Origin: Acidimicrobiia bacterium
GTDB taxonomy: Bacteria; Actinomycetota; Acidimicrobiia; Spongiisociales; JAHEDJ01
Reading direction: 5' to 3'
Assembly (NCBI GenBank): GCA_029210695.1
Contig: JARGFH010000017.1
Coordinates: 1-63,231, forward strand
DNA: 63,231 bases
Part shown: one piece after another, positions 1 to 9,278 of the stretch
Numbering within the stretch: position 1 is the first letter of the stretch
How the letters are laid out: every line of letters begins with the position of its first letter
The notes under the pieces: model-generated
Seen by the model: the letters and a program-made list of their open reading frames with translations, nothing else
Told to the model about the DNA's origin: nothing
Databases searched by the model: none
Translations under genes and position numbers: made by a program

Positions 1-77
1 TATCAGTGGTGGACCCGACCAGGAGGGGGTCAAAATTCGAGCGGTGATAAAGGGTCAGTATTCACCCGGTGGCGACA
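1..77 (-). mobile_element. Terminal end of an IS21-family-like insertion sequence (rest lies outside the window)
   Basis: Minus strand starts TGTCGCCACCGGGTGAATACTGACCC and repeats the motif as GAATTTTGACCCC. A TG terminus with tandem subterminal TGACCC motifs is typical of IS21 ends. It cuts the relaxase frame exactly here. Confidence 0.65.
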
Positions 78-680
78 GGTGGTCCCGTCGACGATCACGA
101 AGGTCCGGTCGGTGGTGACCCCTTGGGCTTTGTGACCCGTGAGGGCGTAGCCGTAGTCGACTTGGCGTTGCTCGAGATACCAGAGGGGCAGGTCTCTCTT
201 TTCGGGGTCACGGTCGAGCTGAACGGTGAGCGTGCCGTGGTCGGGGTCGACGGAGACAACAGTACCGAGGTCGCCGTTGAGTACCCCGAGCCGGCTCTGG
301 TTATTGCGGCAGAGGATCCGGTCCCCGGCTTGGAAGGGCTGTTCCCCTGCTTCGAGGGTGGGTCCGTTGAGTCGGTTGGATGCGGTCAGGTGGGTGCGGG
401 CCCTTTGGTTGAGTTCGGTGACGGTGGCGTTGTCATAGCCGATGAGCAGCCCTGCGGTGAGGTCACCGCTGGCTGTGATATGGCGATACCAATCCGCCAC
501 TGCTCGCCCCATGGTGTCGTCTCGGTTTGGTCCGATGATCACCCTCCCCCGCTGTCGGTACGCCTCGATCGCCTGGTCTACTGATCCGTCTCGGAGTTGG
601 CTGAGGGCCTTGCGTTCCCATGGGTGTTGCTGGCGGATGTTGTCAGTCAGCTCAACGGTGGGGAGCCGGTTGGCGAGAAC
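78..680 (-). pseudogene. Fragment of a MobF/TrwC-type relaxase-helicase (C-terminal SF1 helicase part)
   Basis: Frame reads VLANRLPTVELTDNIRQQHPWERKALSQLRDG...GDRILCRNN..LGVLNGDLG...YGYALTGHKAQGVT. The N-terminus is missing and the C-terminus is cut by the IS end. Confidence 0.8.
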
Positions 681-1280
681 CTCGTGCTGGCCGCCGCCTA
701 CACCGGTCTGCGATTCGGTGAACTGGCCGGCTTGCGAGTCGAACGTCTCAATCTATTGGCTCGAACGGTCACCGTCGCCGAGACCTGCAGCGAGGTCGCC
801 GGACGAATGGTGTTCGGCGAACCAAAGACCGCTGCCAGCCGTCGCACGATCACCCTCCCCCGCTTCCTCGTCGGGTCCCTCGCCGAACACCTGGCTGGCC
901 GACCTGCACACCAATCGGATCTCGTGTTCCAGGCGCCCGACGGAGGCCCCCTTCGCAGAACCACGTTTCGTGAACGCTTCTGGCTGCCCGCGGTGCGTGC
1001 CTCGGTGGGAGAGCCGTGTCGCTTCCACGATCTCCGGCACACGCATGTCGCCCTCCTGATCGCTCAAGGAGAACACCCGAAAGTGATCCAGCAGCGCCTC
1101 GGACATGCCTCGATCAGGACCACCCTCGACACTTACGGACACCTCTTCGAGGGCCTCGATGAGGCAGCCGCCGAGCGCCTCGATGCAGGCTTCCTTTTAC
1201 TTCCTGTTGACAGGATGTTGACAGAGCCCTCTTTTGGCGTCTCAGAAATCCATCCCAGGACGCAAGAAAACCCCCGTTGA
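681..1280 (+). pseudogene. Tyrosine recombinase/integrase, catalytic domain only (5'-truncated)
   Basis: Catalytic motifs GLRFGE, PKT, HDLRH, LGH and TYGH are present. The upstream 28 codons of the called ORF are antisense relaxase sequence. It converges on the tRNA 3' end. Confidence 0.85.
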
Positions 1281-1298
1281 CCAGGGGTATTCTATGGG

Positions 1299-1372
1299 TG
1301 GAGGTGAGGGGATTTGAACCCCTGACTTCTTCCGTGCGAGGGAAGCGCTCTGCCGGGCTGAGCTACACCCCC
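1299..1372 (-). tRNA. tRNA-Ala(CGC)
   Basis: GGGGGTGTAGCTCAG...CTTCC-CTCGCAC-GGAAG...GGTTCAAATCC...CACCTCCA. Anticodon CGC, G3:U70 alanine identity pair, CCA not fully encoded. Confidence 0.97.
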
Positions 1373-1418
1373 AAATGGGTGGCGCATGATACTCCACACC
1401 AATCGTGAGCCAAGCCGG

Positions 1419-2048
1419 TCACGACCCGAGGTGGCGCTGGAGATCTGCCCGAAGCCGCTCTTGCACGACGGTTGTCGTCAGGTCGGCCCGACTGCGTTCA
1501 ATCAAAGCCCGCGCCACGTCGGTGGTCCGGCGAAGCCCGCCCGTCATCCCATCGGGATAATCGAGAGAAGCCAGCAAATCGAGCACTTCGACCATTGCCA
1601 CGAGCGTTTCTTCTGCCTGTTCGAGCTCGCCTTTCCGAAGCAGGTCGAGAAGCCTTCGTCGCAGTTCCCCAACTGCCTCACCGAGTCCGTTGAGGTATGG
1701 GGCGGCTTCAACACCGATCTCGGCGGGCAGGGGTAGTCGCCGACCCGAGGACAACGCGGCGGTAAGGCGGGCCTCTGCGTATTCCTTGGCCGCATCAGAT
1801 ACGAACCCGGCGTGGAGAACGTCGGGATTGTCCCTGCAGGCCAGCCGGGCTTCATCGAGCAGGGCCGAGCCCTGTTCCATCAGATCCTCCGCTCGTTCGA
1901 TTTCACCTCGATGCAGAGCACGAATCGCATTCGCAGAGGTTCTGATCAGGGTTCGACTGGTCGTGAGTGCGACCTCGCGAGCAGCGAATTTCCCGTCGAG
2001 TTCGGTGCGAGCGGCGGATTCGACCTCATCGATTCCGGGAACAGACAT
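1419..2048 (-). CDS. Translin-family protein
   Basis: Helical protein with RE..L..SR..IR.S..AI...H, EYAEA, YLNGLGEAVGELRR and LRR..D..R motifs of translin/TRAX homologues. Confidence 0.8.
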   Translation of the reverse strand: MSVPGIDEVESAARTELDGKFAAREVALTTSRTLIRTSANAIRALHRGEIERAEDLMEQGSALLDEARLACRDNPDVLHAGFVSDAAKEYAEARLTAALSSGRRLPLPAEIGVEAAPYLNGLGEAVGELRRRLLDLLRKGELEQAEETLVAMVEVLDLLASLDYPDGMTGGLRRTTDVARALIERSRADLTTTVVQERLRADLQRHLGS

Positions 2049-2058
2049 CGGCTACGAG

Positions 2059-2499
2059 CTAGCTGGAGGCCAGGACGTGGATTTCCGGGGCAGTCGGCAT
2101 CTCTTGCACCCCATCACTCACGGGACGAACGGCAGTGACTTGCGTCAGCGCCTCCCGACGGTGCCTGAGTTGGACGAGCATGGCCAGATACCAGGCCACA
2201 CCGCCGTCGATAACGATGTGGGTGATGAGCATGGCAGGAGCCGACATCAAGACTGCGACCAACAGGCTTATGACGGCAGCTGCAAAAAGCAGGATGAGTG
2301 TGCGACGGCGACGCGCCAGAACCCGGTTGCGCGCAATCTGCGCAGGACCATTGGGGCGCTGAGCATTGGCCATGCGAGTGGTCCAGCGATTGAATTCTTG
2401 CGTCGTCGTCAGAGGCGCGCTCTTCCGAGAGCCGATGACCTCCGGAAGGAGGAATGCTCCCCAGACGGCTATGACGACGAGAACGACGGCCCATGCCAT
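2059..2499 (-). CDS. Membrane protein, SepX/GlpR-like
   Basis: N-terminal TM ending VWGAFLLP, RRRR motif before two further TMs, RBS GGAG. Located between moa genes and tRNA-Ala as in other actinobacteria. Confidence 0.55.
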   Translation of the reverse strand: MAWAVVLVVIAVWGAFLLPEVIGSRKSAPLTTTQEFNRWTTRMANAQRPNGPAQIARNRVLARRRRTLILLFAAAVISLLVAVLMSAPAMLITHIVIDGGVAWYLAMLVQLRHRREALTQVTAVRPVSDGVQEMPTAPEIHVLASS

Positions 2500-2649
2500 A
2501 AAGGTTCTTCTCCGCTCAGTCGACGCGGAGAGTAGCGAGATCGAAAGGCGACGACAAACGGACCAGAAGTTACTGGGTATTGAGACCACCCGGTCACTCA
2601 GGCGGGGGGGACGGTCCAAGTACCCGGAACCGGGTACCCAGTACCTCCT

Positions 2650-3123
2650 CTAGTGACTCGTCTCTTCGGAGCGCAGGAGCTCCACGCCGTGGCGCAACGC
2701 CGGCCCGATCACATCGAGGGACTCTTCGACGCCGCGCACCGAACCGGGGAGGTTGACGATCAGCGTCCCACCTCTGATCCCTGCTTCTCCCCTCGACAGC
2801 ATCCCGTGAGGGTTCGATCCAAAAGTGGCGCTTCGCATCGCCTCAACGAGTCCCGGCGCCGGGCGCTCGATCACCCGCCGGGTCGCCTCCGGCGTCAGGT
2901 CTCTGGGAGCAAAACCGGTGCCTCCGGTGGTCACCACCAGAGGGACTCCATTGTCGACTGCCGCCTTGAGGAAGCGCTCCACCGGGTCGATACCGTCGGG
3001 AACGACCTCGACCGTTGTTGTGAATCCGAGCCGTTCTAGTCGGGCGGCAGCTGCCGGCCCGGATTCGTCGACGGCCGATCCGGCGCTCACCCGGTCGCTG
3101 ACCGTCAGGACCACCGCCTTCAT
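2650..3123 (-). CDS. mog: MogA/MoaB molybdopterin adenylyltransferase
   Basis: LTVSDR, DESGP, TTGGTGFAPRDLTPEA and NLPGS motifs; ATGA overlap with moaC. Confidence 0.93.
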   Translation of the reverse strand: MKAVVLTVSDRVSAGSAVDESGPAAAARLERLGFTTTVEVVPDGIDPVERFLKAAVDNGVPLVVTTGGTGFAPRDLTPEATRRVIERPAPGLVEAMRSATFGSNPHGMLSRGEAGIRGGTLIVNLPGSVRGVEESLDVIGPALRHGVELLRSEETSH

Positions 3124-3590
3124 CGGTTCCACTCGCCGCTCTTTCCTCCGGATTTGTGCAACAATCGGGTTGCGGTGATGGCCGCCCCCCGTTCCACGCC
3201 TTTGACCATGTCGTAGATAGTCAAGGCCGTGACCGAGGCGGCGACCATGGCCTCCATCTCCACTCCGGTTCGATCGACGGTCTCTACACGAGCAAGGGCG
3301 CGCGCTCCGATGTCCACCGGCTCGATGTCGACAGTCGCATGTGAGATCCGCAGCGGATGACAGAGCGGAATCAACTCAGCTGTGCGCTTGGCGGCCATGA
3401 GCCCGGCGACCCGGGCCACAGCCACGGCATCTCCTTTCGGCAGACCACTCCCGAACATCAAGTCTCTGGTTTCGGCTGTCATCTCAACCACCGACTCGGC
3501 GACGGCTACGCGGCGGGTCGGTTCCTTGCCGCCAACGTCGACCATGCGCGCCCGTCCCTCTCCGTCGAGATGGGTCAGATCATCCGCCAT
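3120..3590 (-). CDS. moaC: Cyclic pyranopterin monophosphate synthase
   Basis: LTHLD..GRARMVDV, KGD, LIPLCHP, TGVEMEA and KSGGKSG motifs. Confidence 0.97.
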   Translation of the reverse strand: MADDLTHLDGEGRARMVDVGGKEPTRRVAVAESVVEMTAETRDLMFGSGLPKGDAVAVARVAGLMAAKRTAELIPLCHPLRISHATVDIEPVDIGARALARVETVDRTGVEMEAMVAASVTALTIYDMVKGVERGAAITATRLLHKSGGKSGEWNR

Positions 3591-4815
3591 TCAGCACCTC
3601 CTGCTCGGTACGGGATTCGGGCCAGCGGAACATCTCCAAGACAATCCGACTCCCGGCAGCTAGGCCGGCTGTGCCAACCGGAACCACTCCGAAGGCGTTC
3701 GCCCGCGCCAGCGCGGTGAGCTGATTCGACGATTGCCCGCCGGCCGGCCTTGCCAGCCACTCGTCTCCTTCGAGCTCCGCCACCATCCGCAAGAAGACTG
3801 TCTTGGCCGGATCGGTGTCGACGTCGACGGCGAGGGTCGCCGGGATACGCGGACGAAACAGCTTCCGGGCTCCCATCATCTTGAGGAGAGCGGGACGGGC
3901 GAACTGTTCAAAGCCGACGACCACCGAAACAGGATTACCCGGCAAACCAAAGAGCGGCGTTCCGGAGACGTGACCGAAGGCGAACGGTTTGGCCGGCTGG
4001 ATGGCGACCCGCCACACCGCCACGTCACCGGTCTCGGATAGGACCGCCTTGACCACGTCGTACTCCCCCATCGACACGCCGCCGGACGTGAAGAGCACGT
4101 CCGCCTCGGCCGCACCCCGCTGGAGAGTCGACCGGAGTGCGACGGCTTCGTCACCGACGATACCGAGGTCGATTGAATCGACACCGAGTTCATCGAGAAG
4201 CGCCAGGAGCTGAGGGCGATTTGAATCATGGATCTTGCCGGGCTCCAGTGACGCCTCGGGCGAAAGCACCTCATCACCTGTTGAAAGCACCCCGACTACC
4301 GGTCTCCGATGAACCAACGGCTTGCCAACCCCGATCGACGTCAACACTCCGAGATGGTGCGGCGTCAGTCTGGTTCCCGCCTCGAAGACGACCGATCCGG
4401 CGAGCAGGTCGCCGCCCGCGGCTCGCACATTCTCGCCCTGCTCCACAGCGTGATTGATGTGAACCGCCGCACCATCCTGATGAGTGTCCTCAACCCGCAC
4501 CACCGCATCCGCCCGGGCCGGCATCGGCGCACCGGTCATGATTTTGATGGCCGTCCCGGGAACGACCGTCCGATGAGCGACATGTCCGGCGGCGACGTCC
4601 TCAATCACGTTCAGAGTGACCGGGGCCTGCGCAGTCTCGTTGGCCAGAACTGCATATCCGTCCATTGCCGAGTTGGCAAAGGGTGGGACATCGTGGGGAG
4701 CCGGCACGTCAGCGGCGAGCACCAGGCCGTTCGCTTCCGCGATCGGGACCTGTATCGCTTCGAGGAGCCCGACGGCACTCAGCACATGGCGTTGCGCATC
4801 GGCCAACAGCTTCAA
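3580..4815 (-). CDS. moeA: Molybdopterin molybdenumtransferase
   Basis: PPFANSAMDGYA, IMTGAP, STGDE, SGGVSMG, QPAKP and LPGNP motifs; TTG start overlaps the galU stop. Confidence 0.95.
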   Translation of the reverse strand: MKLLADAQRHVLSAVGLLEAIQVPIAEANGLVLAADVPAPHDVPPFANSAMDGYAVLANETAQAPVTLNVIEDVAAGHVAHRTVVPGTAIKIMTGAPMPARADAVVRVEDTHQDGAAVHINHAVEQGENVRAAGGDLLAGSVVFEAGTRLTPHHLGVLTSIGVGKPLVHRRPVVGVLSTGDEVLSPEASLEPGKIHDSNRPQLLALLDELGVDSIDLGIVGDEAVALRSTLQRGAAEADVLFTSGGVSMGEYDVVKAVLSETGDVAVWRVAIQPAKPFAFGHVSGTPLFGLPGNPVSVVVGFEQFARPALLKMMGARKLFRPRIPATLAVDVDTDPAKTVFLRMVAELEGDEWLARPAGGQSSNQLTALARANAFGVVPVGTAGLAAGSRIVLEMFRWPESRTEQEVLNGG

Positions 4816-5630
4816 CGCAACTCCTCGAGCGACCTCAGGAAGGCAGTGAAGTCGTCCCTGAACTCGGGTCGTGCCAGGCCGAGTACAACCGCAGCCTCGA
4901 GCAGACCGAGCGGTATCCCGATGTCCAGCAGGTCGTGCTCTCCCACCACACCCCGGCATTTCCCTTGCCTGGCAACCAGGTCGATGGCGTCCGTCAGTTG
5001 GATCTCGCCACCGTGCCCCGGGTCGAGTCCGGCGAGCGCATCGATGATGTCGGAGGTGAACAGATACCGGCCCACCAGGCCCAGGTTCGATGGAGCGTGC
5101 TCGATGCCGGGTTTCTCGACCGCGCCGATCACATCTAATTCTGCTCCACGCCGGTCGCCCGGCACTGCGACACCGTATCGATCCAACATGTGGGGTCCCA
5201 CCTCGCGCAACGAAACAACCGAACCACCGTCGGAGGCTGCCACCAGAGATGGCAGAACGTCGGCACCCGGCCGCACAATGTTGTCGGCCAGCAGACAGAA
5301 GAAGGGTCGATCGCCGATGATTTCGCGAGCGGTCAGGACCGCATGGCCCAATCCGTGGGGTTCCTCCTGTACCGCGATTCGTATCTCGAGATCCTCTAGA
5401 CCCTCCAGGGTTTCCCCGTTCGTGAAGTGCTGCCTGATCAGCGATCCCACCCCGAGATCAACGATGAACACCACCTCCCGTACTCCCGCCCGGACCGCCT
5501 CTTCAGCCACGTGCTGGACGGCCGGGCGGTCGACGACCGGCAACAGGGCTTTGGGAATAGCTCTGGTGGCCGGGCGCATGCGTGTTCCCAGTCCGGCGGC
5601 CGGGACGACCGCTACCTCGACCTGCATCAT
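4812..5630 (-). CDS. galU: UTP--glucose-1-phosphate uridylyltransferase
   Basis: PAAGLGTRMRPAT..PK.LLP, Q..P.GLGHAV, VEKP and GEIQLTDAI motifs. Confidence 0.92.
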   Translation of the reverse strand: MMQVEVAVVPAAGLGTRMRPATRAIPKALLPVVDRPAVQHVAEEAVRAGVREVVFIVDLGVGSLIRQHFTNGETLEGLEDLEIRIAVQEEPHGLGHAVLTAREIIGDRPFFCLLADNIVRPGADVLPSLVAASDGGSVVSLREVGPHMLDRYGVAVPGDRRGAELDVIGAVEKPGIEHAPSNLGLVGRYLFTSDIIDALAGLDPGHGGEIQLTDAIDLVARQGKCRGVVGEHDLLDIGIPLGLLEAAVVLGLARPEFRDDFTAFLRSLEELR

Positions 5631-6211
5631 GACATCACCTTCCGCTCGCCGGACCCGAACAGCCGGCCGATATTTCCTTTGTGGCGATACGCAACCAGAG
5701 AAACCGCGGCCAGCAACCACAACAAGCCGGGCCACTCCACACCCTCATACCAGGCGAAGGGGATTGCCAGCACCAATACAGAAAGGGACCCGATGGAAGC
5801 CACCCTGGTAACTGCAACGATTATGGCCCAGACGGCGATGAGGACCAGGGCGGAGCGCGGAACGATCCACAATAAAACCCCGGCCGCCGTAGCTACTCCT
5901 TTGCCTCCCTTGAACTGATGGAACAGCGGAAAGCAGTGACCTACGACGGCGAAGAAACCGGCAGCCGCCGCTCCCCACCCGCCGGCCGCCGAGAACCCGA
6001 TCGCGGCCGCGATGACGCCCTTCAAGACGTCACCCATCATCGTCGCAGCCGCCGCGCCCTTGCCCATCGTTCGGAGTACGTTGGAAGTACCCGGATTGCC
6101 ACTCCCCACCTCGTAAATATCGACACCGCGCGCCCGGGCAACCACCACGGCGAAATCGAGGCTTCCGATGACATAGGCAGCCAGCATGGCCGCAACGATG
6201 GGGAAACTCAT
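5627..6211 (-). CDS. plsY: Glycerol-3-phosphate acyltransferase
   Basis: GSGNPGTSNVLR, GHCFP..FKGGKGVAT and H.GNI.RL..G.E motifs. Confidence 0.95.
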   Translation of the reverse strand: MSFPIVAAMLAAYVIGSLDFAVVVARARGVDIYEVGSGNPGTSNVLRTMGKGAAAATMMGDVLKGVIAAAIGFSAAGGWGAAAAGFFAVVGHCFPLFHQFKGGKGVATAAGVLLWIVPRSALVLIAVWAIIVAVTRVASIGSLSVLVLAIPFAWYEGVEWPGLLWLLAAVSLVAYRHKGNIGRLFGSGERKVMS

Positions 6212-6311
6212 AGAGGGGAGTCTAGAAGCGCGGGCGGCTCACGCCCCTCGATGACTCATGCGTCGGGCCAGTTGATATCATGCCGTGCCCAATCCCCCTT
6301 CGAGGACCGAC

Positions 6312-6626
6312 ATGCCAACCTACGAATACGCCTGCAAGAAGTGCGGTGAGCGACTGGAAGTCATGCAGTCGTTCTCAGACAAACCGCTCAAGAAGCACAA
6401 GACGTGCGGGGGCGACCTGCAGAAGGTGTTCCATCCGGCCGGTCTGATCTTCAAAGGATCCGGCTTCTACGTCACCGACTCCCGGTCATCGAGAAGCAGC
6501 AGCAGCAAGCGGAGCGCGACGAGCAGCGGCCCTAGTTCTAGCGCGGAGAGCAGTAGCTCAGACGCGAAAGACAAAGGCAGCAGCACCGGCAGCAGTCAGA
6601 GCAGCAAGAGCAGCAGCGACGACTGA
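6312..6626 (+). CDS. FmdB-family zinc-ribbon protein
   Basis: MPTYEYACKKCG...CGG.L.KVF...FKGSGFYVTD followed by a Ser-rich tail. Confidence 0.9.
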   Translation: MPTYEYACKKCGERLEVMQSFSDKPLKKHKTCGGDLQKVFHPAGLIFKGSGFYVTDSRSSRSSSSKRSATSSGPSSSAESSSSDAKDKGSSTGSSQSSKSSSDD

Positions 6627-6672
6627 TGTACTTCTGTTCTGCGGCGGGTGACCGTGCATTGAGGATCACACA

Positions 6673-7317
6673 GTGACGGCGTCATCTGCCCGAAGCGAGA
6701 TCCGCCGGCTGCCGGATCGGGGTTCCTACGACCCGGCCGTCATCAACGCAATTTTCGACGAGGCACTCATCTGCCACGTTGGCTTCCTCGACGAAGGGGG
6801 CCGCCCCGTCGTCATCCCGACCATCCATGCAAGGATCGGCGAGACGCTCTACCTCCACGGTTCCCCGGCCAGCCGGATGCTCCGCACTCTCGCCGCCGGC
6901 AGCCAGGTGTCTGTGACGGCGACTCTGGTGGACGCGATCGTGCTGGCCAAGTCCCACTTTCACCATTCGATGAACTACCGGTCTGCTGTCGTGTTCGGAA
7001 CCGCCAGAGCCGTGACCGACGCCGACGAGAAGACGGCCGCTTTTCGAGCGATCGTCGACCACCTTGTGGCCGGAAGGTGGGAGGGAGCGCGTCGCCCGAA
7101 CGAGAAGGAATCCAAAGCAACCGCGGTCGTAGCGATCGACATCGAGGAAGCGTCGGCCAAACAACGCACCGGCCCGCCGGTCGACGACGCTGAAGACATG
7201 GCCCTACCGCATTGGGCCGGTCTGATTCCGGTGGCACTCGAGCGTGGCCAATTAGAACCGGTAGACCAGACCCCGCTCCCCGACCACGTCCGCAACTGGA
7301 GTCCGGCTGGCAGCTGA
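6673..7317 (+). CDS. Pyridoxamine 5'-phosphate oxidase-like flavin-binding protein
   Basis: R..YD..I.DE...CHVGF, P.VIPT, LYLHGS, FHHSMNYRS and ASAK.R.GPP.D motifs. Confidence 0.88.
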   Translation: MTASSARSEIRRLPDRGSYDPAVINAIFDEALICHVGFLDEGGRPVVIPTIHARIGETLYLHGSPASRMLRTLAAGSQVSVTATLVDAIVLAKSHFHHSMNYRSAVVFGTARAVTDADEKTAAFRAIVDHLVAGRWEGARRPNEKESKATAVVAIDIEEASAKQRTGPPVDDAEDMALPHWAGLIPVALERGQLEPVDQTPLPDHVRNWSPAGS

Positions 7318-7324
7318 CGGAAAC

Positions 7325-7831
7325 GCGTTCTCCCCCCACGCAGTGGGGGGAGTGCCCCGAAGGGGCGAGGGGGCCGAACTCAGAACCAGCCAGTCGCCCC
7401 CTCTGCCTCGCAGACTCGGCATCTCCCCCGCTCACGCAGGGGAGAAACGCAACAACACGGTCGTGTTCTATCGAACGACGCTTCTCCCCCAAGCGGCAAC
7501 GAGGAAAACCAAGGCAGCGCGCGTTCTCCCCCCACGAAGTGTGTTGGTTTGCGCGACAGGCCCCGCCGTCTCAGCGGCGGTCATCCCACTACCGCGTGCT
7601 CTCCCGCTTGCGGGGAAGCTGTCCGGCGAAGCCGGACTGAGGGGGTGTCCTGCAGGTCCGGTCCCGGTCCGACAGGTGTTCGGCCATGCCCCCTCCGCCC
7701 TGCTGCATCGGCAGCAGGCCACCTCCCCCAGCTGACGCTGGTGGAGGACGTTTCTGAGTGGCCACGTGTCGACTCAGACCGCGACAAGACACCACGCAGT
7801 GGGGGGAGTGCCCCAAAGGGGCAAGGGGGGC
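7325..7831. repeat. Cluster of REP-like bipartite palindromes (family 2)
   Basis: Units of CTCCCCC-stem-GGGGGAG, a short hairpin and GAGGGGG at about 7330, 7396 (reversed), 7599, 7690 (reversed) and 7792, plus partial copies. Confidence 0.75.
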
Positions 7832-7909
7832 AAAACCCAAAACCTACAACCCAGAACCTCAAAAAGCCATCCCCCTTCCAATCGTCCGCCGGGCGCGGTA
7901 CGTTCGTCC

Positions 7910-8437
7910 GTGTACTGGTTCCGTCGCCCTCCCTATTTCCGCTGGGCCGCGTCCGCGCTCGTGGTAGCGGGCGCGTTGTGGATGGATCTCCGCGGCACCC
8001 CCACCGAACTCCGCCCGTTCGCCGTTGCCGACATCGAGGCAGGTGCGGCGATTCAGCCGGAAATGGTCGAGTACAGGGCGGTGCCAGCCGGGTTTCTTCC
8101 GGAAGTGAACCTCGTCGGGTTCACTCTGACATCCATCCCTGCCGGAGATCCCGTTACACCGGCCCTACTGACCGACCGAAGCGGCGTCCCCGACGGGTGG
8201 TGGGCCCTTGAGATGGGGGTCCCCTCGGGCGTGATCCCCGGTACGGAACTACGTCTGGCAATCGAGGCCGATGCCGGCATCGTCGTCCCGGGGGTGGTTA
8301 TCGGTCTCGTGTCACCCGAGGCACCGGGTGGTTGGTCTGAGAACACGGCGCTGGTCGCAGTGCCCTCGGATCAGGCTGCGACGGTGGCGACCTCGCTGGC
8401 CCGGGCCGGGGTGAGCGTTCTCGTGGTTGACTGGTGA
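7910..8437 (+). CDS. SAF-domain membrane protein
   Basis: N-terminal TM, then A..DI.AG..I....V....VP and IPAGDPVT SAF pattern; conserved position downstream of fmdB. Start uncertain. Confidence 0.65.
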   Translation: MYWFRRPPYFRWAASALVVAGALWMDLRGTPTELRPFAVADIEAGAAIQPEMVEYRAVPAGFLPEVNLVGFTLTSIPAGDPVTPALLTDRSGVPDGWWALEMGVPSGVIPGTELRLAIEADAGIVVPGVVIGLVSPEAPGGWSENTALVAVPSDQAATVATSLARAGVSVLVVDW

Positions 8438-8473
8438 TCGGCGGCGTGGCTCCGGAGGCTAGGCTCCGTCCCC

Positions 8474-9232
8474 GTGTTCCAAGCAATCGTCTGGGGCCTC
8501 GTTCAGGGCCTGACCGAGTTCCTCCCCATCTCATCGAGCGGCCACCTAGTTCTCGTGCCCGCCTTTTTGGGGATCGATCAACCAGATCTGGCGACTTCGG
8601 CCGTGCTGCACCTCGGGACGCTGACCGCCGTAGTTGCGTACTACCGCAGAGACCTCCTCAAGCTCACGCGTTTCAACCGTGACCCAGGTGCCAGACGAGT
8701 TCTGGGATTGCTGGCGCTAGGAACCGTGCCTGCAGTGATCGGGGTATTCGTTGAGGACCAAATCGGATCGCTGCAGGAAGACCCAACCGCCGTGGCACTG
8801 GCGTTGCTCGTCACGGGCGTTGTCTTGTTCTTCTCCGGACTGTTCATGAGCGGCCGTCTGTCGTTGGAACGACTGCCTATGCGCGACGGGTTCCTGATCG
8901 GCGTCGCTCAAGCCATTGCCCTCGTCCCGGGCATATCCCGCTCGGGAATGACCATCACCGCCGGGATGACTCGAAACCTCGAACGCTCCGAGGCCGCCCG
9001 TTTCTCGTTCCTGCTGGCAATACCGGCCATCGCAGGGGCGGGAGCCCAGCAAGGCCTGGAACTGGCGGGTAACGGAGGGATCGGAGCCGAAGTATGGGTC
9101 GGAATGGTTATAGCGGCGCTGTCGGGCTACATGGCGATCGCGCTGCTCCTCCGCTTGCTGACCCGTTTCGGTCTTCGGCCTTTCGCCATCTACTGTTTCG
9201 CCGTCGGGATCGTCGCGCTGATCGCCCTGTGA
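8474..9232 (+). CDS. uppP: Undecaprenyl-diphosphatase
   Basis: QGLTEFLPISSSGHL, PGISRSG.TI and AARFSFLLAIP motifs. Confidence 0.96.
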   Translation: MFQAIVWGLVQGLTEFLPISSSGHLVLVPAFLGIDQPDLATSAVLHLGTLTAVVAYYRRDLLKLTRFNRDPGARRVLGLLALGTVPAVIGVFVEDQIGSLQEDPTAVALALLVTGVVLFFSGLFMSGRLSLERLPMRDGFLIGVAQAIALVPGISRSGMTITAGMTRNLERSEAARFSFLLAIPAIAGAGAQQGLELAGNGGIGAEVWVGMVIAALSGYMAIALLLRLLTRFGLRPFAIYCFAVGIVALIAL

Positions 9233-9235
9233 ACC

Positions 9236-9263
9236 TCAAGTAGAGCTCACCGAGTGCCGACAT
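9236..9263 (+). promoter_or_regulatory. sigma28/WhiG-like promoter
   Basis: TCAA-N16-GCCGACAT, 15 nt before the kinase start. Confidence 0.5.
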
Positions 9264-9278
9264 AGGCCAGGGAACCCC

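Noticed and set aside
597..680. N-terminus of the integrase ORF as called
   Set aside because: It is antisense relaxase sequence, not integrase.
7343..7900. ORFs in the 7.3-7.9 kb gap (and 59453-60115)
   Set aside because: They are translations of palindromic repeats with no protein motifs.
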